Below, piece by piece: positions 32,601-47,600 of a stretch of DNA of 64,000 bases; position 1 is the stretch's first letter, and each line of letters begins with the position of its first letter. The translations under genes were made by a program, and so were the position numbers. Under the pieces are notes generated by a model. The model did not search any database. It was given only the letters and a program-made list of their open reading frames with translations, and was not told the DNA's origin. Source of the stretch: the human T2T-CHM13v2.0 reference genome, Homo sapiens. Where the stretch lies: NCBI RefSeq assembly GCF_009914755.1, contig NC_060927.1; one strand, given 5' to 3'.

Positions 32601-35600
32601 TGTAGATTCCAGAAAAAGAATGTTTGAAAACTGCTTAATCAAAAGAACCATTCAACCCTGTGAGATGACTATACACATCACCAAGAAGTTTCTCAGAATG
32701 CTTCTTTCTAGTTATTATTTGAATATATTTCCTCTTCCACCTTAGGCCTGAAAGCGCTCCAAATATCCGCCTCCAGATTCCACAAAAAGAGTGTTTCAAA
32801 ACTGCTCAATCAAAAGAAAGATTGAACTCTGTGAGTTGAATGCAAACATCACAAGGAAGTTTGTCAGAATGTTTCTGTCCAGATTTTATGTAAAGATATT
32901 TCCTTTTCCACCATACGTCACAAAGCATTCCAAATATCCACTTGCAGATTTTACAAAAAGTGTTTGAAAACTGCTCAATCAAAAGAGAGGTTCAACACTG
33001 TGAGTTGAATGAACACATCACAAAGAAGTTTCTCAGAATGCTTCAGTCTAGTTTCTATGTGATGATATTTCGTCTTTCAGCATAGGCATCAAATATTCAT
33101 TTGCAGATACTGAAAAAAGACTGCTTAAAACTGCTCAATCAAAAGCAAGTTTCAAATCTTTGAGTTGAATACACACATCACAAAGAAGTTTCTCAGAGTG
33201 CTTCTGTCTAGATTTTATGTGAGGATATTTCCTTTCGAACCATAGGTCTGAAAGCGCTCCAAATATCCACTTGCAGATTCTACAAAAAGAGTGCTTCAAA
33301 ACTGCTCAATCCAAAGAGAGGTTCAACTCTGTTAGTTGAATGCACACATCACAAAGATGTTTCTCAGAATGGTTCTGTCTAATTTTTCTGTGAATATATT
33401 TCCTTTTCCACCTTCAGCCTCAAAGCGCTCCAAATATACACTTTCAGATTCTACAAAAAGAGTGTTTCAAAACTGCTGAATCAAAAGAAAATTTCAACAC
33501 TGTGAGATGAATGCACAAATTACAAAGAAGTTTCTCAGAATGTTTCTGTCCAATTTTTGTGTGAAGATAATTCCTTTTCAACTATAAGCCTCAAAACTCT
33601 CCAAATATCCATTTGCAGATACTTCAAAAAGAGTGTTTCAAAACTGCTCATTCGAAAGAAAGGTTTAACACTGGGAGTTGAATGCACACATCACAAAGAT
33701 GTTTCTCAGAATGCTTTTGTCTAGTTTTTATGTGAAGATATTTCCTTTTCCACTATAGGTCTCAAAGCACTACAAATATCCACTTGCAGATTATACAAAA
33801 AGAGTGTTTCAAAACTGCTCAATCAAAAGAAAATTTCAACTCTGTGAGATGAATGCATACATCACGAAGAAGTTTCTCAGAATGCTTCTGTGTAGTTTTT
33901 ATGTGAAGATATTTCCTTTTCCACTAGAGGGCGCAAAGCGCTCCAAATATCAACTTGCAGATTCTACAAAAAGAGTGTTTCAAAACTGCTCATTCAAAAG
34001 AGAGGTTCAACTCTGTGAGTTGAATGCACACATCACAGAGTAGTTTCTCAGAATGCTTCTGTCTAGTTTTTATGGGAAGATATTTCCTTTTCCACCATAG
34101 ACCTCAAATTGCCCAAATATCCACCTGCAGATTCTTCAAAAAGAGTGTTTCAAAACTGCTCAATGAAAAGCGAACTCTGTGAGTTCAATGCACACATCAC
34201 AAAGTAGTTTCTCAAAATGCTTCTGTCTAGTTTCTATGTAAACATATTTCCTTTTCCACCATAGGCCTCAAGGCACTCCAAATATGCATTTGCAGATACT
34301 ACAGAAAGACTGTTTAAAAACTCCTCCATCAAAAGAAAGTTTCAACTCTGTGAGTGGGATGCACACATCAGAAATAAGTTTCTCAGAATGCTTCTGTCTA
34401 GTTTTTATGTGAAGATATTTCCTTTTCCACTATAGGCCTCAAAGCTCTCCAAATATACATTTGCAGATACCGCAAAAAGACAGTTTCCAAACAGCTCCAT
34501 CAAAAGAAAGGTTCAACACTGGGAGTTGCATGGATGCATCACAAAGATGTTTCTCAGAATGCATTTGTCTAGTTTTTATGGGAAGATATTTCCTTTTCCA
34601 CTGTAGGCCACAAAGCGCTCCAAATATCTACCTGTAGATTCTACAAGAAGAGAGTTTGATAACTGCTCAATCAAAAGAAAGGTTCATCTCTCTGAGATGA
34701 ATGTGCACATCACAAAGAAGTTTCTCAGAATGCTTCTGTGTAGTTTTTATGGGAAGATATTTCCTTTACCACTATAGGCCTCAAGGTACTGCAAATATCA
34801 AATTGCAGATACTACAAAGAAACTGTTTCTAATCTGCTCAATCAAAAGAATGGTTCAACTCTGTGAGATGAAAGCACACATCTCAAAGAAGTTTTTCAGA
34901 ATGTTTCTCTCTAGTTTTTATGTAAAGATATTTCCTTTTCCATTATAGGCCTCAAATTGCTCCAAGTATCCTCTTGCAGATTCTGCAAATGAGTGTTTCA
35001 AAACTGCTCAACTCGAAGAAAGTTTCAACTCTGTGAGATGAATGCAAACATCACAAATAAGTAAGTTTCTCAGAATGCTTCCTTCTAGTTTTCATGTGAA
35101 GATATTTCCTTTTCCAGCATTTGCTTCAAGGCACTCCAAATATCCAACTCCAGATTCTACAAAAAGTGTGTTTCAAATCTGCTCAATCAAAAGTATGTGA
35201 GAAGAATGCACACATCAGAAAGAAGTTTCTCAGATTTCTTCTGCCTAGATTTTACATGAATATATTTCCTTTTCCACTATTGACCGCAAAGTGCTCCAAA
35301 TTTCCACTTGGAGATTTTACAAAAAGAGTGTTTCAAAACTGCTCAATCAAAAGAAATGTTCATCTCTGTGAGATGAATGCACACATCACAAAGAAGTTTC
35401 TCAGAATGCTTCTGTCTAGTTTTATGTGAAGATATTTCCTTTTCTACCATAGACCTCAAAGCACTCCAAATATCCACTTGCGGATTCCACAAAAAGAGTG
35501 TTTCAGAACTGCTCAATCAAAAGAAACCTTCAACTCTTTGAGATAAATACACACAACACAAAGAAGTTTCTCAGAATGCTTCTGTCTAGTTTTTATGTGA

Positions 35601-38600
35601 AGATATTTTCTTTTCCAGTATAGGCTGCAAGTGTTCCAAATATCCTCCTGCAGTTTCTACCAAGAGTGTGTTTGAAAACTGCTGAATCATAAGAAAGGTT
35701 CCACTCTGTGAGATGAATATACACATCACAAAAAAGTTTTTCAGAGTGTTTCCATCTAGTTCTTATGTGAAGATATTTCCTTTTCCACCATAGGACTCAA
35801 AGTGCTCCAAATATCCACTTGCAGATACTACAAAATGACTGTTTCAAACTGCTAAACCAAAAGAAAGGTTCAACTCGGTGAGATGAATGCACATATCACA
35901 AAGAAGTTCCTCAAAATGCTTCTGTCTAGTTTTTATGTGAAGATATTTCCTTTTTCAGGATAGGCCTCAAAACGCTCCAAATATCCACTTGCGGATTCTG
36001 CAAAAAGAGTGTTTCAGAACTACTCAATCCAAAGAAGCCTTCAACTCTGTGAGATAAATACATACATCACAAAGAAGTTTCTCAGAATGCTTCTGTCTAA
36101 TTTTTGTGTGAAGATATTTCCTATTTCACCATAGAACATCAAGGGTTCACAAATATCCCTTTGCAGATTCTACAAAAGGATTCTTTCCAAGCTGCTCAAT
36201 CAAAAGAGAGGTTCAACTCTGTGAGATGAATGGATGCATCACAAAGAAGTTTCTCAGAATGCTTCTGTCTAGTTTTTATGTGTAGATATTTCCTTTTTCA
36301 CAATAGGCCTTAAACCACTCACAAGTATCCCTCTGCAGATACTACAAAAGGACTCTTTCTAAACTTATCCATCAAATAAATTTTCAACTCTGTCAGATGA
36401 ATGCACACATCACAAAGAAAATTCTCAGAATGCTTCTTTCTAGTTTTTAAGTGAAGATATTTCCTATTTCACCATAGGCCTCAATGGGTTCCCAAATATC
36501 CCTTTGCAGATGATTGTACAAAAAGACTTTTTCGAAACTGCTCAATGCAAAGAAAGTTTTAACTGTGTGAGATAAATGCAGGCATCAAAAAGTTTGTCAG
36601 AATGCTTCTGTCTAGTTTTATGTGAAGATATTTCCTTTTTCACCGTAGGCCTCAAAGTGCTCCAAATATCCATTTGTAGATTCTACAAAAAGACTCTTTC
36701 CAAACTGCTCAGTGAAAAGGAACCTTCAAACCAGGAAGATGAAATCATATATCACAAAGAAGTTTCTCAGAAAGCTTCTGTCTAGATTTTTTGTGAAGGT
36801 ATTCTCTATTTCACCGTAGGCCATCAAGGTCTCACAAATATCCCTTTGCAGATTCTACAAAAGGACTCTTTCCAAACTGCTCAATCAAAATAAAGGTTCG
36901 ACTCTCTGAGATGAATGCACATATCACATAGAAGTTTCTCAGAATGCTTTAGTCTAGTTTTTATGTGAAGATATTTTCTTTTTCACCATAGGCCTTAAAC
37001 TGCTCACAAATATCCCTGTGCAGATACTGTAATAAGTCTCTTTCCAAACTGCTCCATCAAAGAATGTTTCAACTCTGTGAGATGAATGTACACATCACAA
37101 AGGAGTTTCTCAGAATATTTCTGTCTATATTTAATTTGAAGATATTTCCTTTTTCACCATAAGCCTCAAAGCGCTCCAAATATCCATTTATAAATTCTAC
37201 AAAAAGACTGTCTCCAAACTCCTCAAACAAAAGGAAGTTTCAACTCTGAGACTTGAAAGCATACATCACAAAGAAGGTTCTCAGAAAAGTTCTGTCTAGT
37301 TTTTATGTGAGTGTATTTCCTATTTCACAATGGGCCATAAAGGGCTCACAAATATCCCTTTGCATGTTCTATGATAATACTCTTTCCAAACTGCTCATTC
37401 AAAAAAGATTCAACCCTGTGAGATGAATGGATACATCACAAAGAAGTTTCCCTGAATGCTTCTGTCTAGTTTTTACGTGAAGATATTTCTTTTTCACAAT
37501 AGGCCTCAAATGGCTCAGGAATATCCCTATGCAGAATGTACAAAAAGGTGCTTTCCAAACTGTTCAATCAAAGCACAGTTTCAACACTGTGAGATGAACG
37601 CACACATCACAAAGTCGTTTCTCAGAATACTTCTGCCTACTTTTTATGTGAAGATATTTCCTGTTTCTCAATAGGCCCTAAAGGGATCTCAATTATACCT
37701 TTGCAGATTCTACGAAAAGACTGTTTCCATATTGCTCACTGAAAAGTGAAGTTCAACTCTGTGAGATGAATGCACACATCACTAAGAAGTTTTTCAGAAT
37801 GCCTCTGTCTAGTTTTTATGTGAAGATATTTCCTTTTCACTAAGGGCCACAAAGCGTTTCAAATATCCACTTGCAGATTCTGCAAAAACAGTGCTTCAAA
37901 ACTGTTCAATCAAAAAAAAAAAAAGATTCAACTCTGTGAGTTAAATGTACACTTCTCAAGTAAGTTTATCAGAGTGCCTCTGTCTTGTTTTTATGTGAAG
38001 ATGCTCCGAATATCCATTTGCAGATTCTACAAAAAGAGTGTTTCAAAACTGTTCAATCAAAAGAAAGATTCGTCTGTGTGAGGCGAACGCACACATCCAA
38101 AGAAGTTTTTCAGAATGGTTCTGTGTAGTTTTTATGTGAAGATATTTCCTTTTCCACTATAGGCCACAAAGCACTTCAAGTATGCACTTGAAGATTCTAC
38201 AAAAAGAGTGTTTCAAAACTGCTCAATGCAAAGAAAGATTCAGCTCTGTGACATGAATGCCCACATCACAAAGAAGTTTCTCAGAATATTTCTGTCTAGT
38301 TTTTTTTTGTGCAGATATTTCCTTTTCCACTATAGGCCACAAAGTGCTCGAAAAATCCCCTTGCAGATTCTTAAAAAAGAGTGTTTCAAAACTGCTCAAT
38401 CAAAAGAAAGGTTGAACTCTGTGAGTCGAATGCACACGTGACAAAGTAGTTTCCCAGAATGAGTCTGTATAGTTTTTTTTGTGAAGATATTTCCTTTTCC
38501 TCTATAGGCCGCAAAGCGCTGCAAATATCCACTTGCAGATTCTACAAAAAAAGTGTTTCAAAACTGCTCAATCAAAAGCAAGGTTCAAATCTATGAGATG

Positions 38601-41600
38601 AATGCACACATCACAAAGAAGTTTCTCAGAATGTTTCTGTCTAGTTTTTATGTGGAGATATTTAATTTTCCAGGATAGGCGCAAAGTGCTCCATATATCC
38701 ACTTGCAGATTCTAAAAAACAGTGTTTCAAAACTTTTCAGTCAAAACAAAGGTTCAACTCTGTGATATGAAAGCAGAAATCAACAAGAAGTTTCTCAGAA
38801 TGCTTCTGTCTAGTTTTTATGTGAAGATATTTCCTTTTTCACCATAGGTGTCAAAGCACTCCAACTATCCTTTTGCAGATACTACAAAAAGACAGTTTCC
38901 AAATAGCTCAATCAAAGGAAAGGTTCAACTCTGTGAGATGAATGCACACATCACAAAGAAGTTTCTCAAAATGCTTCTGTCTAGTTTTTCTGTGAAGATA
39001 TTTCCTTTTCCACAGTAGACCTCAAAGCACTCCAAATATCCACTTGCAGATTCTACAAAAAGAGTGTTTCAAAATTGCTCAATCAAAAGAAATGTTCAAC
39101 TCTGTGAGATGAAAGCATCCATCACAAAGAAGCTTCTCAGGAACTTTCTGTCTAGTTTTTATGTGAAAATATTTCCTATTTCCACATAGGTCTCCTTGAG
39201 GTGAAAAATATCCCTTTGCACATTCTGCAAAACGACAGTTTCCAAAATGCTCATTTAAAGAAATGTTCACCTCTATGAGATGAATCCACACATCACAAAG
39301 AAGTTTCTCAGCATGCTTTTATCTAGTTTTTATGTGAAGGTATTTCCTTTTTCACCATAGGCCTCAAAGCGCTCCAAATATCCATTTGTAGATAATACAA
39401 AAAGACTGCTTCCAAACTGCTCAATCCAAAGAAAGGTTCAATTCTGTGAGTTGAATGCGCACATCACAAAGAAGTTTCTGTGAATGCTTCTGTCTAGTTT
39501 TTACGTGAAGATATTTCCTTTTTAAACAAAGGCCTCAAAGTGCTCCAAATATCCATTTACAGATACTACAAAAGACTGTTTCCAAACAGTTCACTCAAAA
39601 GAAATGTTAAACCCTTTGAGCTGAATGCACACATCACAAAGAAGTTTCTCAGAATGCTTCTGTCTAGTTTTTATGTGAAGATATTTCCTTTTCCACCATA
39701 GGCCCCAAAGCGCTCCAAATATCCACTTGCAGAATTCACAAAAAGAGGTTTTCAAAACTGCCCAACCAAAAGGAAGGTTCAACTCTGTGAGATGAATGCA
39801 CACATCACAAAGAAGTTTCTCAGAATGCTTCTGTCTAGTTTTTATGTGAAAATATTTCCTTTTTCAACATAGGTCACAAAGCACTCCAAATATCCATTTC
39901 CAGATACTGCAGAAAGACTGTTCCCAAACTGCTCAATCAAAAGAAAGGTTCAACTCTTTGAGATGAATGCACTTTTCTCAAAGAAGTTTCTCAATAACCT
40001 TCTGTTAATTTTTAATGTGAAAGTATTTCCTTTTTCACCCTAGTCCTCAAATGGCTCACCAATATCCCTTTGCAGTTTCTTCATAAAACCTGTTTCCAAA
40101 CTGCTCAGTCAATGGAAATGTTCAACTCTGAGATATAAATTCTTCCATCACAACGAAGTTTCTAAGAAATCTTCTGCCTTTTTTTATGTGAAGATAATTC
40201 CTTTTTCACCAAAGGCCACAACAGTCTCAAATATATCCCTTTACAGATACTACAAAAACACTGTTTCCTCACTGCAAAATCAAAAGAAAGATTTAGCACT
40301 TGGAGGTGAATGCACACGTCACAAAGATGTTTCTCAGAAATCTTCTGTCTAGTTTTTATGTAAATATATTTCCTTTTTCACCATGGGCCCCAAAGCACTC
40401 AAAATGTCTGTATGCCGATTCAACTATAAGAATATTTCCAAACTGCTCAATGAAAATAAAGGTTCAATACTGTGAGATGAATGCATACATCACAAAGAAG
40501 TTTCTCAAAAAGTTTCTGTCTAGTTTTTAGGTGAAGATATTTACTATTTCACCATAGGTCTCAAGGGGCTCACAAATATCCCTTTGCAGATTCTAACAAA
40601 GACTGTTTACAAACTGCTCAATGAAAAGAAAGGTTCAACTCTGTGAGATGATAGCACACAACGAAAGAAGTTTCTCAGAAATATTCTCTCTAGTTTTTAT
40701 GTGAAGAAATTTCTTTTTCACCATAGGCCTCAAACAACACAGAAATATCATTCTGTAGATTTTACAAAGAGATGGTTTCCAAACTGCTCCATCAAAAGAA
40801 AGGTTCTACTCTGTTAGATGAATGGACTCATCACAAAGAAGTTTCCCAGAATTCTTCTCTTCAGTTTTTATATGAAGATATTTCTTTTTCACTATAGACC
40901 TCAAATGGCTCAGAAATATGCCTTTGTAGATTGCACAAAAAGACTGTTTCCAAACTCCTCAGGCAAAAGAAAGCTTCAACCCTGTGAGATGATTGCACAC
41001 ATAACAAAAAATGTCTCAGAAAACTTCTGTTTAGATTTTATGTGAAGATATTTCCTCTTTCACCATAGGCCTCAAAGTGTTCCAAACATCCACTTGCAGG
41101 TTCTACAAAAGAGTGTTTCCAAACTGCTCAATCAAAAAAAGGATCAACTCTGTGAGATGAAAGTACACATAACCAAGAATTTTCTCTGAAAGCTTCTGTC
41201 TAGTTTTTGTGTGAAGATATTTCCTTTTTCATTGTAGGCCACAAAGTCCTACAAATATCCATTTGCAGATTCTATAAACAGACTTTTTCTGAACTGCTCA
41301 ATGAAAAGAAATTTTAAACTCTGTAAGGTGAATGCACTCATAAAAAAGAAGTTTCTTAGAATGCTTTTGTCTAGTTTTTATGTGAAGATATTTCTTTTTC
41401 ACCATAGGCCTCACAGGGCTCAGAAATATCCCTTTGAAGATTGTACAAAAAGGCTATTTCCCAACTTTTCAATGAAAGGAAAGATTCAACTCTGTGAGAT
41501 GAATGCACACATCTCAAAGAAGTTTCTCAGAATGCTTCTGTCTAATTTTTATGTGAAGATATTTCCTTTTACAATATAGGCCTGAAAGCACTCCAAATAT

Positions 41601-44600
41601 CCATTTGCAGATTCTACAAAAAGACTGTTACCAAACAGCTCAATCAAAAGTAAGGTTCAACTCTGTGAGATGAAAACACACATCACAAAGAAGTTTCTCC
41701 GAAAGCTTCTGTCTAGTTTTTGTGTGAAGATATTTCCTATTTCACCATAGGCCTTAAAGGGCTCACAATTATCCCTTTGCAGATTCTACAAAAGGACTCT
41801 TTCCAAACTTCTGAGTCAAAGGAAAGGCTAAAATCCATGAGATGATTGCACACAAAACAAAGAAGTTTCTCAGAATGCTTCTGTCTAGCTTTTATGTGAA
41901 GATATTTCCTTTTTCACCATTGGCCTCAAAGCGCTCCAAATATCGATTTGCAGATTCCACAAAAAGAGTGTTTCCAAACTGCTCAATCAAAAGAAAGGTT
42001 CAACTCTGTGAGATGAATTCACACATCACAAAGAATTTTCTCAGAAATCTTCTGTTTAGTTGTTTTGTGAAGATATTCCCTTTTTCACTATAGGCCTCAA
42101 AGCACTCGAAATATCCATTTGCAAATTCTACAAAAAGAGTGTTTCCAAACTGTTCAATCAAAAGAAAGGTTCAACTCTGCAGGATCAACGCACACAACAC
42201 AAAGAAGCTTCTCAAAGTGCTTCTGTCTAGTTTTTATGTGAAGATATTTCCTTTTTCACAATTGGCCTTAAACGGCTCACAAATATCCCTCTGCAGATAC
42301 TACAAATAGACTGTTTCGAAACTGCTCCATCAAAAGAAAGGTTCAACTCTGTGAGATGAATGCACACATCACAAAGAAGTTTCTCAGAATCCTTCTGTCT
42401 TGTTTTTATGTGAAGGTGTTTCTTTTTTCACCATAGGCCCCAAAGCGCTCCTTATATCCATTTACAGATTATACAAAAAGAGTGTTTCCAACGTACTCAA
42501 TCAAAAGAAAGGCTCATCTCTGTTATACAAAAGCATACACCACAAGGAAGTTTCTCATAAAGCTTCTGTTTAGTTTTTATGTGAAGATATTAACTTTTTC
42601 ACCATAGGTCACAAAGCGCTCCAAATATCCATTTTCAAATTCTACAAAAATAGTGTTTCCAAACTTCTGAATCAAAGGAAAATGTTCAAATCAGTGAGAT
42701 GAATGCACACATCACAAAGAAGTTTTGCAGAATGATTCTGTCTAGTTTTTATGTGAAGATACTTCCTATTTCACAATAGGGCATAAACGGCTCACAAATA
42801 TCCCTTTGCAGATTCTACGAAAAGACTGTTTCCAAACTGCTCAATGAAAAGAAACATTCAACACTGTGAGATGAAACACACGTCACAAAGAAGTTTCTCA
42901 GAATGCTTCTGTCTAGTTTTTATGTCAACATACTTCTTTTTCACCATAGGCCTCAAAAGGCTCGGAAATATCCCTTTACTGATTTTATGAAAAGACTGTT
43001 TCCAAAATGCTCAAGCAAAAGAAAGTTTCAGTTCTGTGAGATGAATGCATACATCACAAAGAAGTTTCTCAGAATCCTTCTGTCTAGTTATTATGTAAAG
43101 ATATTTCCTTTATCACAATAGGACATACAGGGCTCACAAATATCCATTTGTAGATTCTATGGAAAGACTGTTTGCAAACTGCTCAATCAAAACAAAGGTT
43201 CAAATCTGTGAGATGAATGCACACATCACAAAGAAGTTTCTCAGAATGCTTTGGTCTAGTTTTTATGTGAAGATACTTCTTTTTCACCGCAGGCCTCAAA
43301 TGGCTCGGAAATATCCCTTTGCAGATTTTACAAAAAGAATGTTTCCAAACTGCTGAAACAAAAGAAATTTTCAACTATGTGAGATGAATACACACATCAA
43401 TAATAGTTTCACAAAAATCTTCTGTTTAGCTTTTTTGTGAAGATATTTCCTATTTGACCTAGGCCATAATGGGCTCACAAATATCCCTTTGCAAATTCTA
43501 CAAAAGGACTCTTTCCAAACTGCTCAGTCAAAGGAAAGTTTCAACTCTGTGAAATGAACGGACACATCAGAAAGGGGTTTCTCTGAATGCTTCTGTCTAG
43601 TGTTTATGTGAAGATATTTCCTTTTTCACAATAGGCCTTAAACCACTCACAAATATCCCTCTGCAGATACCACAAAAAGACTGTTTCCAAACTGCTCCAT
43701 CAAAAGAAAGTTTTAACACTGTGAGATGAATGCACACATCACAAAGGAGTTTCTCAGAATGTTTTTGTCTAGTTTTCATGTGAAGATATTTCCTTTTTCA
43801 CCAAAGGCCTCAAAGCGATCCAAATATCGATTTGCAGATTCTTCAAAAGGACTGTTTTCAAACGGCCCAGTTGAAAGAAAGGTTGAACTCTGTGAGATGA
43901 ATGCACACATCACAAAGAAGTTTCTCAGAAAGCTTCTGTTTATTTTTTTCCTGAAGATATTTCCTTTTTTACAAGAGGCCTCAAAGCACTCCAAATAATC
44001 ATTTGCAGATTCTACATAAAGAGTGTTTCCAAACTGTTCAATCAAAAGAAAGTTTCTATTCTGTGAGATGAATGCCCACATCACAAAGAAGTTTCTCAGA
44101 ATACTTCTGTCTACTTTTTATGTGAAGATATTTCTTTTTCACCACAGGCCTAAAACGGCTCAGAAATACCCCTTTGCAGATTCTACAATAAGACTCTTTC
44201 CAAACTATTCAATCAAAAGAAAGTTTCAACTCTATGAGTTGAATATAGGCATCACAAAGAAGTTGCTCACAATGTTTCCATCGAGTTTTTATGTGAAGAT
44301 ATTTCCTTTTTCACCATAGGCATCAAAGTGCTCCAAATATCCATTTACAGATTCTATAAAAAGACCGTTTCCAAACTGCTCCCCCAAAAGAAACGTTCAA
44401 CTCTGTGAGATGAATGCACACATCACAAATAAGTTTCTCAGAATGCTTCTGTCTAGTTTTTATGAGAAGGTATTTCCTTTTTCACCACAGGCCTCCAAGC
44501 GCTCCTTATATCCATTTGCAGATTCTACAAAAAGACTTTTTCCACCCTGCTCAGTCAAAAGAAGTGTTCAAATCTGTGAGTTGAAAACATACATCCCAAA

Positions 44601-47600
44601 GAAGTTTCTCAGAAAGCTTTCATTTAGTTTTTAGGTGAACATATTTCCTTTTTCACCATAGGCCACAAAGCGGTCCAAATACTCATTTGCGGATTCTACA
44701 AAAAGAGTGTTTCCAAACTGCTCAATCAAAACAAAAGTTCATCTCTGTGAGATGAATGCACACATCACAAAGAACTTTCCCAGAATGCTTCTGTCTAGTT
44801 TTTATGTGAAGATACTTCCTATTTCACAATACAGCATAAACGACTCACAAATATCCCTTTGCAGATTCTATGAAAAAACTGTTTCCAAACTTCTCAATGA
44901 AAAGAAAGGTTCAACTCTGTGAGATGAAACACACTTCTCAAAGAAGTTTCTCAGAGAGCTTCTGTCAAGTTTTTATGTCAAGATACTTCTTTTTCACCAT
45001 AGGCCTCAAATGCCTTGGAAATATCTCTTTGCTGATTTTACAAAAAGACTGTTTGCAAACTGCTGAACCAAAAGAAAAGTTCAGCTCTGTGAGAAAAATG
45101 CAGGCATCACAACGAAATTTCTCAGAATGCTTCTTTCTAGATTATATATGAAGATATTTCCTTTTTCACCATAGTCCTCAAAGAGCTCCAAATATCCATT
45201 TGCCGACTCTACAAAAAGACTGTTTACAAACTGCTCAATCGAAAGAAAAGTTCAACTCTGTGAGATTAAAGCACACATCACAAAGTAGTTTCTCAGGAAT
45301 GTTCTCTCTAGTTTTTATGAGAAGATATTTCCTATTTCACCATAGGTCAAAAAGGGCTCACAAATATCCCTGCACAGTTTCTACAAAAAGACTGTTTCCA
45401 AACTGTTCAATTAAAAGAAAGGTACAACACTGTGAGATGAATGCAAACATCACAAATAAGTTACTCACAATCCTTCTATCTAGTTTTTATGACTAGATAT
45501 TTCTTTTTCACCATAGGCCTCAAACAGCTCTGAAATATCCATTTACAGATTGTAGAAAAAGACTGCTTCCAATCTCCTCAATCAAAAGAAAGGTTAAACA
45601 CTGTGAGATGAAGGTTGGCATCATGAAAAAGTTTCTCTGAATGCTTCTGTCTAGTTTTTATGTGAAGATATTTCCTATTTCATCATAGGCCTCAAAGCAC
45701 TCCAAATATCCATTTGCAGATTCTACAAAAAGACTGTTTCCAAACTGCCCAACCAAAAGACAGGTTCAACTCTGGGAGGTGAATGCACACATCCCAAAGA
45801 ACTTTCTCAGAATGCTTTTGTCTTTTTTTTAAGTGAAGATATCTCCTTTTCACCATAGACCTCAAAGCACTCCAAATATCCATTTGCAGATTCAACAAAA
45901 AGAGCATTTCCAAACTGCTCAATCAAAAGAAAGTTTCAACTCGGTGAAATGAATGTGCACATCACAACGGAGTTTCTCGGAATGCTTGTTTCTGGTTTTT
46001 ATGTGAAGATATTTCCATTTTCACCATAGGCCTTATTCTGGTCAAAAATATCCTTCTGCAGACACTATAAAAAGACTCTTTCCAAACTGCTGCATCAAAA
46101 GAAATCTTCAAATCTGTGAAATGAATGCACACATCACAAAGGTGTTTCTCAGAATGCTTCTGTGTAGTTTTTATGAGAAGACATTTCCTTTTCCACAACA
46201 GGCCTCAAAGCATTTCAAATATCCACATGCAAGTTGTACAAAAAGAGTGCTTCAAAACTGCTCAATCAAAAGAAAGGTTCAACTCTGTGAGATGAATGCA
46301 CACATCACAAAAAAGTTTCTCAGAATGCTTCTGTCTAGTTTTTATGTGAAGATATTTCCTTTATCATCATAGGCCTCAAATCACTCTAAATGTCCATTTG
46401 CAGATTCTAAAAAGACACTGTTCCCAAACTGCTCAATCAAAAGAAAGGTTCAAATCTGTGAGGTGAATGAACACATGACAAATAAGTTTCTCTGAACTCT
46501 TCACTCTAGTTTTTATATGAAGATATTTCCTTTTTCACAATAGGCCACAAAGTGCTCAAAAATGTCCCTTTGCAGATTCCAGAAAAGGTTGTTTCCAAAC
46601 TGCTCAATCAAAAGAATGCTTCAAATCTGTGGGGTGAAGGCACACATCATGAAGGAATTACTTAGATAGCTTCTATCTAGTTTTTAGGTGAAGATATATC
46701 CTTTTTCACAACAGGCCTCAAACAGCCTACATATATCCCTTTGCAGATTCCACAAAAAGACAGTTTCCAAATTGCTCAATCAATAGAATGGTTCAAATCT
46801 GTGATATGAATACACACATCACAATGAAGTTTCTCAGAAACCTTCTCTCTTGTTTTTATGTGAAGATATTTCCTTTTTCACAATATGCCTCAAAGCACTC
46901 ACAAATATCCCTTTACAGATTCTCCAAAAAGACTGTTTCTATACTGCTCAATCAAAACAAAGTTTCAAGTCTGTGAGATGAAGGCACACATCACAAAGAA
47001 GTTTCTCAGAAATCTTCAATCTAGTTTTTATGTGAAGATATTTCCTTTTTCACCATAACCCCCAAAGCATTCACAAATATCACTGCAGATTCTACAAAAA
47101 GTCCGTCTCCATACTGCTCAATCAAAAGAATGCTTTGACTCTCTGAAATAAATGCACACATCACAAATAAGTTTGTCAGAAAGCTTTTGTCTAATTTTTA
47201 TGTGAATATATTTCCTTTTTCACCATAGGCCTCAGATCTCCTAGAAGTATCCCTTTGCAGATTCCACAAAAAGACTGTTTCCAAATTGCTCTATCAAAGC
47301 AAAGTTTCAACTCTGTGAGATGAATGCGCACATCACAAAGAAGTTTCTCTGAAAGCTTCTGTGTAGTTTTTATGTGAAGATATTTCCATTTTCTCCATAG
47401 CCCTCAAACCACTCACAAATATCCCTCACAGATTATACAAAAAGAGGGTTTCCAACCTGCTCAATCAAAAGAAAAGTTCTACTCTGTGAGATTAATTCAC
47501 ACATCACAACGAAGTTTCTCAGAGGGCTTCTGTCTACTTTGTATGTGAAGATGTTTCCTTTTTCACCATAGGCCTAAAACCGCCTTTATATATCCTATTG

